Positions 9,397 through 22,202 of a stretch of DNA of 32,000 nt are shown piece after piece. The position numbers and the translations under genes are program-made. The stretch's first letter is position 1; each line of letters opens with the position of its first letter. Origin of the DNA: Zygophlyctis sp. KS116 (lineage: Eukaryota; Fungi; Chytridiomycota). Under the pieces are notes generated by a model that ran no database searches, was not told the origin of the DNA, and saw only the letters and a program-made list of their open reading frames with translations. The stretch covers positions 1 to 32,000 of the forward strand of contig BAAFSQ010000016.1 of the NCBI GenBank assembly GCA_054661495.1, read 5' to 3'.

Positions 9397-10618
9397 ATGG
9401 AAAGGAATATGTATACTCTCAATTTAGAGGCGACGCCAATGCCAGTATTAGATGGCAAGATAAAAGTTGAAAATGATGAGTCAAATCAGCATGACTTTCA
9501 AGATTATCTGACAGACTCTTTAAAAAAGAAGGATTCTGAGCCCGGACTACCATCAAATAATTCTAGTCGGACATTCTTTGAGAAATCCAATCCAGGATCA
9601 CCAATGCCTTCAAAGTCTCTTTCTCAACATTTGCTTTCGGCTGATTGTATTCCTCCATATATTTCAAATGGGACTCATCCTTATGATTTTCAACCGGACG
9701 CGCAACAAGTCCAAGAACAGCCGTATCATGTTTCTCCATTCAATTTTAATTATGATGGTACTCAAGAAGACTATTTAAGATATCGAGCTGGGAATTATAC
9801 AAATAATCCTTATGATATGTCGTATATGCAGCATTTATCGCAGCTTTCTTCTCATTGGGAAGATTTAAACCCACAGCATTGCAATATACCTATTGGGAAG
9901 AGAAGACCTCGATCTATCATGATTTCAGGAGAAAATACAGAAAAATTAAGAAAAATGTATGAGCAACCACTAGAAAATTATCCTAGTCAGGAGGAAAAGG
10001 AAGTATATACAATGCCAATGGCAGTATCTCCAGGACGATATTATTATTCAAATGTAGGCTTTATAACTTAAACTTTAGAGACCTCAATACTCTGAAGGAA
10101 TGATTGGACATGAGCTGATTAAAACAGAAGTAGATAATATGAATGGGTTAATTCCTGATCCTGTACATTCTTTAAATCATTCGGTTTTCAATTATGAAGG
10201 AAATAATGGGGCTGTTGTCCATGCACCGGATCATATATGTACAGCAAATTTATCACTAGATTCATGCTCAAATTCACATTCTCATAGTATAGTTTCCAGA
10301 AGTAAATCTACAAAAATTCCAGGAAAACGTCAGAAGCATGTTCGAAAGGCATGCATTCATTGTAAAAAGGCGCATTTGGCTTGTGATGAAGCACGTCCTT
10401 GTAAAAGATGTGTCCATTTAGGAAAAACTGATTGCATTGATGTAGAGCATAAAAGACGAGGAAGACCAAGATCATCCCCAGAAAAGAAAAGAGTCTCTCA
10501 AATCTCAATGTCTCAGGATTATCTTTTATGTGGCACAGATAGTTTTGTAGATGGTACTGTATATTCCATAGAACCACAGCTAAATCTTTCAGAGATTGAA
10601 CTAGACAAAGCAAAATAA
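9397..10618 (+). CDS. Zn2Cys6 transcription factor with C-terminal zinc cluster (Ert1/Gsm1/Rds2/AcuK-like cluster); 25-nt intron 10054-10078
   Basis: ACIHCKKAHLACDEARPCKRCVHLGKTDC followed by KRRGRPR; long low-complexity N-terminus. Confidence 0.85.
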
Positions 10619-10633
10619 ATTAGCTAGTTTCAT

Positions 10634-11339
<706 letters not shown>

Positions 11340-11349
11340 CTAATTTCAA

Positions 11350-12829
11350 TTATGTTTCAACATATTCATTTTCGATTATGTTATTCGTTTCATTTTCTGA
11401 TTTTACGTTTGAGTGATCCAGATTTTGAGCATCAAGAGTTGAAATAACAGTCGCTGGCTCAATCGCTTCCTCTGGTTGAGCATCCACGGCATCAATGATA
11501 ATATCTTCCTCATCAGAAGTAATATCACTTCCAGTATCTGAATCATCTTCATCTTCCGCCTCAACATCAGAATCATCAGAAAAAGTAGCAAATGGCGTTT
11601 CAGTGCCTCCTTCAAATATAAACCTATGAGGTAAAGTCCCTTGCCGACATGAAGGCTCATCTTTTTTATCTACTTGAGACACACTAGTTGATTCCCATTC
11701 TAAAAGTTTACAAAGTTCTGAAACCACAGTATCACAATAACCTAGGAGCTGAACATCAAATCCTGTCATGTGAGGGAGTGCTTCCATATTAATAAGAATT
11801 TGTGGAACATGATGAGGAATTTTATCCTTTACATCTGCAACAGGCGATACCTTTAAAGAAGATCCCATTACAATTAATAAATCTACTTCCTCTCTATCAG
11901 CAGCAAATGCATCTAAAATATTAAATAAATTATGTTACCATGAAATTCATCAGACAACTTTTCTCCAAAAAAAGTAATTGATGGTTTCAATATTCCATCT
12001 ACTTCTTCAGGACACTTTGGACATATTGGTACAGTCTTGTTAAATATATTCTCTTCAATATCTTTTCCTGGAATTGTGTAACCGCATACAATACATTTTG
12101 CAGTAGCAAATGAACCATGACATTGAATAATCTTTGTAATACCTGCAGCTTGTTCTAAAGTATCAATATTCTGAGAATAATTTCGCAATAATTTGCCTTT
12201 ATCTTCCAACAATTTAATGAACTTATGAGATGGTGAAGGTTTAAAATTAGTTGGATAAATTTCCTTTGCAAAAGAGTAAAAAGTTGAAGGTTGAAACTTG
12301 AAATATTCTAAATCAAACATTTGCTGTGGATCTTCTAAATTAAATTCTTCTAATCTAGAATAAATCCCATTTTTAGATCTAAAGTCTGGAATCCCACAAG
12401 ACACAGACACACCTAGGTGTTAGTAAGCTTTAGGTTTAAGACTTTTAGCCCTAAGCAAAGAAAATACCAAAAATACATACCTGCTCCTGTTAAAACCATG
12501 ATATTCTTAGAATTTTTTAATAAATATAATACATCTTGTATAGTATTAATATCGTTTCTCTTTTGTCTTTTTGCAATTTTCCTATCTATAACAACTTTTA
12601 AAAGGGGTAAAAGATTATCAATTGTTTCATTTACCAAATGATCTGGTAAAACACAATCAAAAGCGTTAAATATTTGCTGAATCGGCATCTCTGAGTATTT
12701 TTCTAAAAATTCAAAAAAATCTAAAATTAAGTATTACAAATTACCATGACATCTTGCGTTATCGACAATGATCTCCTTTTCTTTATCTGTTAATTCTATC
12801 TTGAGCCGTTTAGCTGGAGGCTCATCCAT
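11350..12829 (-). CDS. SIR2: Class I sirtuin (Sir2/Hst1/SIRT1); introns 12721-12744, 12413-12480 (68 nt), 11913-11938
   Basis: TGAGVSVSCGIPDFRS (spliced), QNIDTLE, CHGSF, CxxC pairs, FFGE, GSSLKV and an acidic tail. Confidence 0.93.
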
Positions 12830-12871
12830 GACAAAATTCCTTCAAACCCTAAACTTTTTCTTTTTCTTGGA

Positions 12872-13182
12872 ATGGATAATCTACCGCCAGTTGCTCAGAA
12901 AGCTCTTATGGGATTCATGATGGGAGGATCAGCTGGCATGACTGTTGGATTCCTATATGGAAGTTTTACTGCATTGAAATTTGGACCGACCCCAGGAAAA
13001 ACTTATCTATCAACGATTGGAACCTTTATGATTCAACATGGAGCAATGCTGGGATTCTTTTTAAGGTATGTGCTAATGCATTGAAATATAGTGTTGGTTC
13101 TCTTATCAGAGCCGATGATAACAGAACGATCAATTACCCCCTTTTGCTTAGGAAACCAGTTGTAATAGAACCCAAATCTTGA
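12872..13182 (+). CDS. MGR2: Mgr2/ROMO1 TIM23 subunit; 26-nt intron 13066-13091
   Basis: MGFMMGGSAG...GFFLSVGSLIR after splicing. Confidence 0.88.
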
Positions 13183-13212
13183 ATTTCACACGTTGGCCTT
13201 CGGATATTTGAA

Positions 13213-14303
13213 ATGGCAGGAAGAGATGTTCCGAATGCTGCAGTGCATATATTCAAGGTTCAGAATTTTCCAATTCCCAAATTTGACTACAAAATACAAT
13301 TGAATTCCTTTCAGCCATTGAGTCTTTTCTACTTTGCTTATCTAAAGTTGGCAAAGCGTGTAAAAAAACTAAAGCCTGGGAATCTAAGAGCTATTAAAAA
13401 TGTTCATGATGCACAAAAAGAATTGTTGGAAGCCTTGTATCTAGTATACTATCAAGCGGATGAGCGGATAAAGTATCGGCGTGACTATCGGACGTATCTT
13501 CCCTTGCAAGATCAAATGGAATTAAGTGAATGTTTCTCTGAAAATATATTATATGCCTGCCAAGTATTACAAAAGGGATATAGAATCAGAGGAATAGAAA
13601 ATCATATGGAAGAGCTAAGAGGTCCTGCAATAATTCTTTTTGCTGCATGGCAATCATTATGTACAGTTTTTGTTAATCAGGCAATCATAGATTCTAGACC
13701 ACCATATTTAAACTTGGAACCTGTATTAAAAGATTTTGATAAAGCATGGGTTGGATTTGAAAAGGTAATCTTTAATTTTAAGATTCTAGATTGTATGTTA
13801 CTCATATTTCTCAATTGAATTTTATGGAAAACCATTCTGCATGGAAGAGATTGATGATTTCCAAGTATATTTTCTAAATCTAATGGTAGGTATTGTTATC
13901 TGAAACAGTTTTATATTGCATAAAGACTAATTTATTAACTCTGGATCAAATACAGACTATGGATCCAATAACATTTTTTACGATACCAAGACTTGCAATT
14001 GTTACTAGTTTAGTAAGAATGCCTGGGCTGATTGATCTTTGCGGTAAAAATTGCAAATTCTCTTGGTTTCGAAAGAGAAGTCATCTATTAACTCACTTGG
14101 GATTATTTTTAAAGATGATATCACCACAATTATTGATCAAATTAGAAAAATGTCTTGGTGGTCAATCTGCTGATCTTGGACCAAATCTTAAACCGATTTT
14201 CCTAAATATCTGTTCTATAGCTGATGATTTGCAATCTGGTGAGCGATCTAAAGAGTTTTCAGTTTTGATCTCACGTGTATTCAATATGTATCAAAAAGAT
14301 TAA
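13213..14303 (+). CDS. LST2/ZFYVE28-like core domain lacking FYVE; introns 13765-13789, 13865-13889
   Basis: RDYRTYLP, LKDFDKAWVGFE, VLLSETV...DPITFFTIPRLAIV and ICSIADDLQ match recalled LST2 blocks (LFCETV...MFSIPRLAIV; SGVADQLQ). Confidence 0.75.
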
Positions 14304-14353
14304 GTATTACAGAGAGATTTAAGAGAAAACGGGGCTAGGATTCTCTTCCGTAG

Positions 14354-15540
14354 ATGGCGAAAAAGACTTGTATCAAGGCATCTGTAAAAACAACAGATTC
14401 ATTCTTTAAATCCAGATGGTTTTATGAGCCTTTGACCATTCTTTATTATTTTTTGTGGTATGTAGTGGACATGATATCAGTATTTATTAAAACTCTTGAG
14501 CAAAAACGTAAAAGTGTCCTGGCAATCATTTTAATCCCTTTATTATCGATTATTTTGGCTTGGAATGCAGATGGAAATCATCGGAGACTCCTACAGTATG
14601 TCGAAATGGGGACGAGATGGTACGGCGGTTGGATCATGTTGGGAATCGCTTCATCAATTGGACTGGGTACAGGCCTTCATACTTTTATGCTATTTCTAGG
14701 TCCATATATAGCTAAAGCAACTATAACTGCTGCTAATTGTGGAAATTTGGATTTTGAAACACAAGGTCCAGAAAGGTGAGTAATTTTTGTTTTAAATGAA
14801 GTTTTATTTGCAAATCAAGCATTATAAAGACCTATGATATTTCTATTTGGGATATTGCAAATAAAGTAAAGTGGGACTGTCTTTTCTGGGGAGTTGGTAC
14901 TGCGCTTGGTGAATTGCCTCCTTATTTTGTTGCTCGCGCTGCGGTTGAAGCAGGAAAAGATGATGATGAAATTACCTCTATACAACGTATATTTTCTAAA
15001 AATCCTTCAGAGAGGTCTTTTAGTGAAAAGGCTCAGATTTGGATTCATGATTTACTGAAGGCTGCTGGTTTTTGGGGTATTTTGTTATGTGCTTCTATTC
15101 CAAACCCCTTGTTTGATATAGCAGGGATTATGTGTGGTCATTTTGGGATTCCATTTATTACTTTTTTTGGTGCAACGTTGATCGGAAAGGCATTCATAAA
15201 GACTAGTATTCAGGTATTTTTGATTTCGTCTGATAAAAGTGTCTTTTAATTATTGCATTATTTTCCAAATCAGTTTTAGAAATGTTTCTCTTAAAACTTT
15301 ATGAATTTGCTCCTGGATTACATGATATCCTAAGCCATGCACTGGAAGACTCTGCTCAGAAATTCACAAATGCAAAAGTAGAACATCAGGTATTTTTTAA
15401 ACACTTATAATTAGGGGGATAATAGCAGTTTAATTTCAACAGTATGGAATGTATTTTTGGCTATAATGGTATTGTATTTCGTTCTGTCAATTATTGAATC
15501 ACTGTCTCTAACATATATGAAGAAGAGCAAAAAATCATGA
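14354..15540 (+). CDS. VMP1: VMP1 (DedA/VTT-domain ER scramblase); introns 14776-14801, 15214-15239, 15390-15414
   Basis: LGIASSIGLGTGLHTFMLFLGP, WGVGTALGELPPYFVARA, ASIPNPLFD and FFGATLIGKA. Confidence 0.93.
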
Positions 15541-17442
15541 ATCTTGTTCAGTTTGATTCATCTTTAATTGGACGAAATGCGTTTGAGTTGCGGCAATCTA
15601 TTCAATAAACATAATAATAGAGTTTACCTGTTCTCGCAACTGTTGCTGATATTTGAATTCTCCAAAGTCTGACCCAACAAGATCGTCTGTTTTTGTCATT
15701 GCAAGTTCCAAATTTTCCAACATGGAATTTATACATTTATATTGTTCTTTCTCATTTATTCCAAACCATGATCGTCTAACAGTTCCTAAAGCCGCCGAGG
15801 CAGCTATTCTCACCTTGAAATTTTTACTGTTTAGCATTGCTTCCTGGAGCGATCTTAAGAGTGGATCGGTAAATGAGGCACGCTCTAGAGGAAAATGAGG
15901 AGATTTTAAAATATTAGCTATAGCATGACAAGCGTTCCATCGAGTCTAATAGTTAGATCAAGATTAAGTTATACTTTAACAGGCCCGGAATTGATATTCT
16001 TTATCAAAACCTCAATGATTTCCTTGACCAACCCGTTCACTTCTAATTGCACCCATTCTTTAGGCAGAATATGAAAAATATTTCCCAAAGCACGAACACC
16101 ATTAGACCGACACTTTTCCAATAAGAAATATTTGTAAGCATACCTTATCTTTATCTTTTGAAGCAAAAAGTGCAGCTTCAACACATTTTCTTAAATGCGC
16201 AACAGGAATAGAGAAATCTTCAACATCATTTTTTATAATCTCGACAAAAGCCGCACATATATTAGCTAGAGCCCAGCTCCCTCTAACCTTGACAACGACA
16301 GCGTCATCTTGAATTGTTATACTAGGAATTTTGAAAACAAGATCAGAAAAGAATAAGTAATCCTTTTGTACAGAATCAAAAGCTATCAAAACCCCTAAAA
16401 ACCCACAAGCCGCCGCTCTCACATTTGCATTCCCATCTGCCAACATCCCAATACCAATGCTTTGTAATGTATAAACAAGCTTTGACGGTAATACACCAAA
16501 AACTCCAGAAGACAATTGCGCCAGAGTATCAATCGCAGCAGATCTTACAAAATCAATAGAATCATTTACCAGAGGCAAAATCAACTCCATAGACTTAACC
16601 CACCATTCTACTTGTATATCCAATTCCGCAGAACCTTTTAATCTTGCAGCATACTCTAAAACAGACTTGAGACTAGCTTCTCTTATTTTATCTGATATAT
16701 GTTTGCATCCCTGCTCTAACCTTTCTTTAGAGATGACCCAAACTTTTTCTAATTCCTCGACTTGAATATTCCTAAAAAACCCATTTATAACCTGAAAAAC
16801 TTCTAGTCCTAGTTCTTCTAGTCCTTGTTCCTCTTGTTCCTCTTGTCCTTTTTCCTGATCTTGTAGTAAAAATCTATTTAGAACCTCTTTTAAAACCTCT
16901 AAATCTAACGCTTCCTTGAATTTTGAGTTTAGTAATTCCTTAAAGACCTTTAGTCCATAAACTCTTAAAACAAAATCTCTAGCGTAAATTTTCCCTAAAA
17001 CAACTTTTAGAGTTTCTAGTCTTATTTCTAGACCTCTAGAGAGTGTATCATAGTTTGTTGACGACACCAAAATTTCTAGAATTTTTAAAATCAAAATTTC
17101 ATGACAAGATTGAGATAGATTTTCTAATAATTCTAAATGCAATTGTTGAATTATAATTGCAGTTTTTTGAGAAATTGTAGTAAAATTCCCAATTTTCATC
17201 AAATCATTCCCCATGCCCAGTACCTGTTTAGAATTTTCCAAAATATTTATAATAATTTCCAGAGCTTTAGAGTTTTTGAATTTTACTAAATTCTCTGGAC
17301 TATTTAAATCCAAAAACAGATAGAAAAAGTCTAGCATTTTCTTTTTTTTTGAAATATTTTCTAGAATTTCATGATGCAATAGTATTAATGTCTTTTCAAT
17401 GTCTGTGGAATTGAGTAAAAGAAGTTGATGGTCAATGGACAT
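15535..17442 (-). CDS. HEATR6-like HEAT-repeat protein, shortened; introns 16113-16143, 15946-15974, 15598-15627
   Basis: SWALANIC, DKDKCRSNGVRALGN, VKTRWNACHA and NFKVRIAASAAL (HEATR6 C-terminal motifs). Confidence 0.82.
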
Positions 17443-17560
17443 TTTCTTAAACCTTTTTTAAAGAGATATAAGAATGGTATAATATTCTCTTTAAATTCAT
17501 CCACGAGATATCCGAACAATCGGAATTTTAGGCTTTTCAAGACGCGCGTAAATTTCTTGA

Positions 17561-17901
<341 letters not shown>

Positions 17902-18116
17902 GAGTTTAAGTGAAAAATGAAAAAATGAAAAAAGGTTTAGGAATAAAAATTTTGAAAAATGTGAATGGTGTTTTTGAGATTCTTGTAAATATTTCCATGT
18001 ACTTTCAAGTATAAGAGTCAATAGCATTAAAAATAGACAGACAATTAGCGATGAAAAAAGAAATTAAACTAAAATTCAAAAAAAAAAAGTTTCAGGGGTG
18101 TGTCCATTGCAAGGGC

Positions 18117-19337
18117 CTACAGATCCCAAGTAAAATCTTGTTTTTTGATTTGAAAATGATGAAGTCTTGATGCTAAACTTGCCAAAGTTTTTTCAGAGCA
18201 TGATTGTATCCAAACCAAGTAATCATTAATCCAAATCTGACAAATTGTAAATGTACGATCATCAGACTCCAAAATTCTCTTAATCACAAGCAAACATTTT
18301 AAGAGTGTCTTTTTTCCTAATTTGAATAAAATTGTAGTGTGATGTAAAACTTTTAAAGAAAATTCCCAATTCCTTAAAAGAGGCCAACATAAACTCTGTT
18401 TAAAACAAGATTTTATAGTCTCTTCTAAAGAGTCAAAAGTAACAAGAGAATTTAAAGTTGGAGAAAGTTTAACCAAATTCCATGCACTTTCAGAATTATC
18501 TTCTCCTAGAGTTATAAAGTAATTATAACTAAAAGAAAACATGAGATCTACAAGTCCTAAATAAATTTGAGCGGGATTATCTAATAAATATTCTTTCCAG
18601 TAAAGTTTTGCAAGGTCTGATTGATCCGTCGAATCCAAGCAATTTTCAGAATCTACTAATCCATTTTGAATCTTATATAATAATCTTGAAAATTCTGATT
18701 TAAATTCTTGAATTTCTATTGGAATCCCTTCATTTAAATCCATTAAATAGTATTCCTGATCAAATTTTTCTTCTTGATTCTTTTCTAGCATTTCTTTAAA
18801 ATCTGAATTTAGTGAATCTAAATCATAAATTAACAACATTTCTCCAGACACACATTCTAACTGAGTTCCTAGTCCTGAATAACCAGAATTAAATCCATAT
18901 TTCTTTAAAAGACTAGTACTACTTTTTATAATCTGAGGTGCATCCCAGTCAATTTCAATTTCACTTTCTTCCCCTAGTCCACCTTGATTCTTGTTTGTAT
19001 CCAATTCCTGAATCAGTGGATTTAAAGGAATATCATTTTCCTTGCTAATTTTGGATAATAATTTTGTCCGAAACTCTAAATCTTTGAATTCTTGAGGGTT
19101 TTCTTTAGGAATTTGTAGGTTTAGCTCTCCTAGGCCTAAATCATATTCTACAATTTCTCTTCCATCTTGAATCAGATTCCCAGGAAAGTACAGTCTTAAA
19201 AAGTAAGGATTAGCATATAATTTAAATTCATTCTGGAAAATATCAATTTGAATGTCTGAACTTTTAATGTATTTAATTTTGATCTTGAGGATAATCTTGT
19301 CTAGGTCTTGGGAGATGTCAAAGTCTGGAGTGATCAT
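18117..19337 (-). CDS. SHQ1: H/ACA snoRNP assembly factor Shq1, intronless
   Basis: MITPxF start, PYFLRLYFPG, YGFN, GEDNSESAW and WINDYLVWIQ. Confidence 0.9.
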   Translation of the reverse strand: MITPDFDISQDLDKIILKIKIKYIKSSDIQIDIFQNEFKLYANPYFLRLYFPGNLIQDGREIVEYDLGLGELNLQIPKENPQEFKDLEFRTKLLSKISKENDIPLNPLIQELDTNKNQGGLGEESEIEIDWDAPQIIKSSTSLLKKYGFNSGYSGLGTQLECVSGEMLLIYDLDSLNSDFKEMLEKNQEEKFDQEYYLMDLNEGIPIEIQEFKSEFSRLLYKIQNGLVDSENCLDSTDQSDLAKLYWKEYLLDNPAQIYLGLVDLMFSFSYNYFITLGEDNSESAWNLVKLSPTLNSLVTFDSLEETIKSCFKQSLCWPLLRNWEFSLKVLHHTTILFKLGKKTLLKCLLVIKRILESDDRTFTICQIWINDYLVWIQSCSEKTLASLASRLHHFQIKKQDFTWDL

Positions 19338-19434
19338 TTAGCCTTGAGTCCTTTCCTTGTATGTGAAAATTTTGTCCGAGTTGAAACTTGCGCTGAAACT
19401 TTCAACGGCCAAGGTCAAAGGTCCAGGATACAGA

Positions 19435-20773
19435 ATGTTTTTCTGCAAAGAATTGAATCAACAAGTTTATAATCTAGAGCCGCTTAAAATCCTATTAACC
19501 TGCAGTCAGAAATTAGGAATTCCAGTAATAACTAGAAGTCTTGCATTTTTCTTTTTTCATCGTCTGAGTCAATTTCAAGACTCTATGGAGAATCTAGAAA
19601 ACAAGGAAATCTGTAAAATTCTTGCGTCTCTTTCGCTGGCAATGAAAATAAATGAACATGTCAAAAGGTTCAAGGAAATTTCTACTACACTCCTACAAGT
19701 AATGGATATCAAGGAGGAAATTCCAAATTTAAAAGACCAAATGATGGTTTTTGAGCTAATTCTTCAAGAAAATATTTATTTTGTTCAGGAATGGGATTCG
19801 CCTTTTAGGTTTTTACTAAAAATAATTGCAGATTTAGGAGGGGATGAAAAATTGGCTAAAAGAGCTTGGAAAATTACTAATGAAAGTTACTTTTGTAATA
19901 TTTGTATACAATTTGTGCCACAGGCAATTGCTTTTGCTGCTATTTACTTGGCTTGGAGACTAGAAAAATCTCAAACTCTGAATTTAGTATTAAAACAAAG
20001 TCTAGTGTCTAAATATTTCACAGATGTAGATCATGTGAAAAAAGTTTGTATTCTGATTTTAAATTTTTATCAAAAAACGGATTTATTAAATTCAGATGAT
20101 AAAATGAAATGTCTTTTAATATTGGAAGAAATGCAAAATAGGAAGAGTAGGGAATCATCAAATGAACTTTCTAATGATTATAAAAACAAGTTTGAAAATA
20201 TAAATTTTTCAAGAAATAAAGGAGTAAATCAAGATAGGAGGAGTTTTCCAAATTCAAGATGTAAGTTTAATTATGCTAAAATTAGATGGACCTTCTGATC
20301 AATATCATAAAAGACAATATCCTCCGATGGATTCACCAAAAGATTATAGGCACTCTATTCCTGGCTCAACTTCTGCAAGTTATGGTCATAGAAGTTTTGA
20401 TAATCACAAACATCATTCTTCTGATCGGCATTATAGTGATAAAAAGAGACATCGTGAATCTTATGAGTCTTCTAAAAGTGCTAGAAGGAAATACAGCTCT
20501 TCAGACTCTTATGATTCAGAAGATGATCATAAGAAAAGTGATTACAGGTCTACGGATGATCGTGACGATTCTAGGAGCAGATCTAAAAGAGATAGTGGAA
20601 AAAGATATGATCATGGGCGAGATGATAAGCAACCATCAAGATACACTGGAAGTGATGCAAGACATGATTCAGGTAGAAAAACTGACAATTATAGAGATGA
20701 TAGACATTCTAGTGGCAGTAGAAGGGAGAGTGGATCTTCATATCATGGTCATTCTTATTACTCAAATAGATAA
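19435..20773 (+). CDS. Transcriptional cyclin (K/L/T-like) with R/S/D-rich tail; 25-nt intron 20261-20285
   Basis: Cyclin folds (FFHR, LSLAMKINE, AWKITNES, PQAIAFAAIYLA); the spliced second exon is an RS/RD-rich tail. Confidence 0.8.
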
Positions 20774-20792
20774 ATCAAATGTAAAAAATTAT

Positions 20793-21913
20793 CTATTTTT
20801 TTGTAGTAAAATAAGCAATAAGTGCAACAACAATGATGAGGATAATAATTACACCGATAATCATGCACATTCTCTAAATATTAGCTCATCAAATAAATAC
20901 CTTTCTAGTTCGCTTTTGGAGCTTTACAGCCTGGACAAGTTCTTTAACGCCTTCTTCAGTATCATCGACAGCATTTGTAACGTGTAAAGCAATCTGATCA
21001 ACCATTTCTCCCTGAGCTACAAGCAGGACGCTTAAATCCATAAATAACTGCTGCAACTCCTAATGTTTAAATCACGTATTCGATCATACAATGATACTTT
21101 TTTCAATTCTAAGAACATCTTTGTGTTTATTTTGAATGTCTTGTAAAGCTCTTTTAGCTTCGTTCCTTTGACCTGAATGCATGATCTATGATGTATTATT
21201 GTTTATAAAAACTTACTTGTCCGGAAAAGATTTGCTGCGAATTTCCTCCTTCTATAATCTTTTCAACTTCTTCGGTCGTTGCATTAGGATTAACTATAGT
21301 AAGACTATACTCTCAAAGTACCAACCAATGCCTGTCGTTGCATGCGATCCTTATATTTGCCCTGATATACTTCCTGCAAATTCTTATATTCCATCATCAA
21401 GTCTAAAAAGTTCTTTGTAAGAACTCCATGTTGACTTAATCTAATATTAACATCGGATGAATTATTCTGCTTTTTAAGTTTTTTATTGTTTGTATCCATC
21501 TCTAATATTATGATGACACCTTATACCTTTGAGTTTTCCACGAACTTCTGACGCCAACTTGTTTGTACGATCCATTGCCGCTTCTAATTCTACAGCGATT
21601 TCTATTTTATCTTAGTCAATTAAATTACGAGAGTTTTCCTGTTCTGAAATGACATTTAGAGCCCGATCGTGTAATGATTTGATTTCTGCAATGGAATTTT
21701 TAACTAAAGCTACAGTTTCCTTTATAGCGCTTATTTCAGAAAAGAATTCGTTAATATTATCCTGGTTATTATCCCCTTCCTGAGCGTTTCCACTCTTTTT
21801 CGAATCTTTAACTGCTCGCATGGGAGGTGCTGACGATGCCGGTGCATCTGACGGCTAACTTGTAAAATTATGTTATATAGCACCTTCAAGTCCAAAGTTC
21901 TATCTCTCGCCAT
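20793..21913 (-). CDS. Plasma-membrane syntaxin (Sso1/syntaxin-1 type Qa-SNARE); introns 21855-21883, 21602-21628, 21502-21526, 21294-21321, 21186-21216, 21060-21089, 20874-20900
   Basis: MARDRT N-peptide, Habc region, SNARE motif (ALQDIQNKHKDVLRIEKSIIELQQLFMDL...QGEMVDQI) and a C-terminal TM helix. Confidence 0.92.
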
Positions 21914-21916
21914 TCT

Positions 21917-21947
21917 ACGCGCGTTGCTAGATCTGATCGGAAAATTG
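21917..21947. promoter_or_regulatory. Candidate promoter elements ACGCGCGT and TGATCGGAAAATTG upstream of the syntaxin gene
   Basis: ACGCGCGT recurs at 17542-17549, and the 14-mer recurs exactly at 29177-29190; both repeats are in intergenic gaps. Confidence 0.45.
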
Positions 21948-22202
21948 ATCCTCTTTCAGTCGCCCAAAAATGCAGACCAACGCTCCTTGACAATGCATTG
22001 TTAACAAGGAATGCTTCAAAATATTTACATCTCATATATTCTTATGGTTTGAATAATGGAATCACTAAAATATTAACTGATTTAGATCAGACCATAAAAA
22101 AACTGTGAACTCTTCAAAAATATATTGTTTTGCAATATATTTAATGGCACCAATACTAAAAATATTTAAGCATGCCTTGATTATGTTGTCCTACTATGAA
22201 AG

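Noticed and set aside
20286-20987. 233-aa alternative-frame ORF over the cyclin tail
   Set aside because: It is an I/M/V-rich off-frame reading of the R/D/S-rich exon that runs antisense into syntaxin, with no recognisable motif.
21984-22010. Hairpin TCCTTG-ACAATGCATTGT-TAA-CAAGGA in the 289-nt gap, as a possible ncRNA
   Set aside because: It is a single short inverted repeat with no snoRNA, tRNA or snRNA hallmarks that I could identify.
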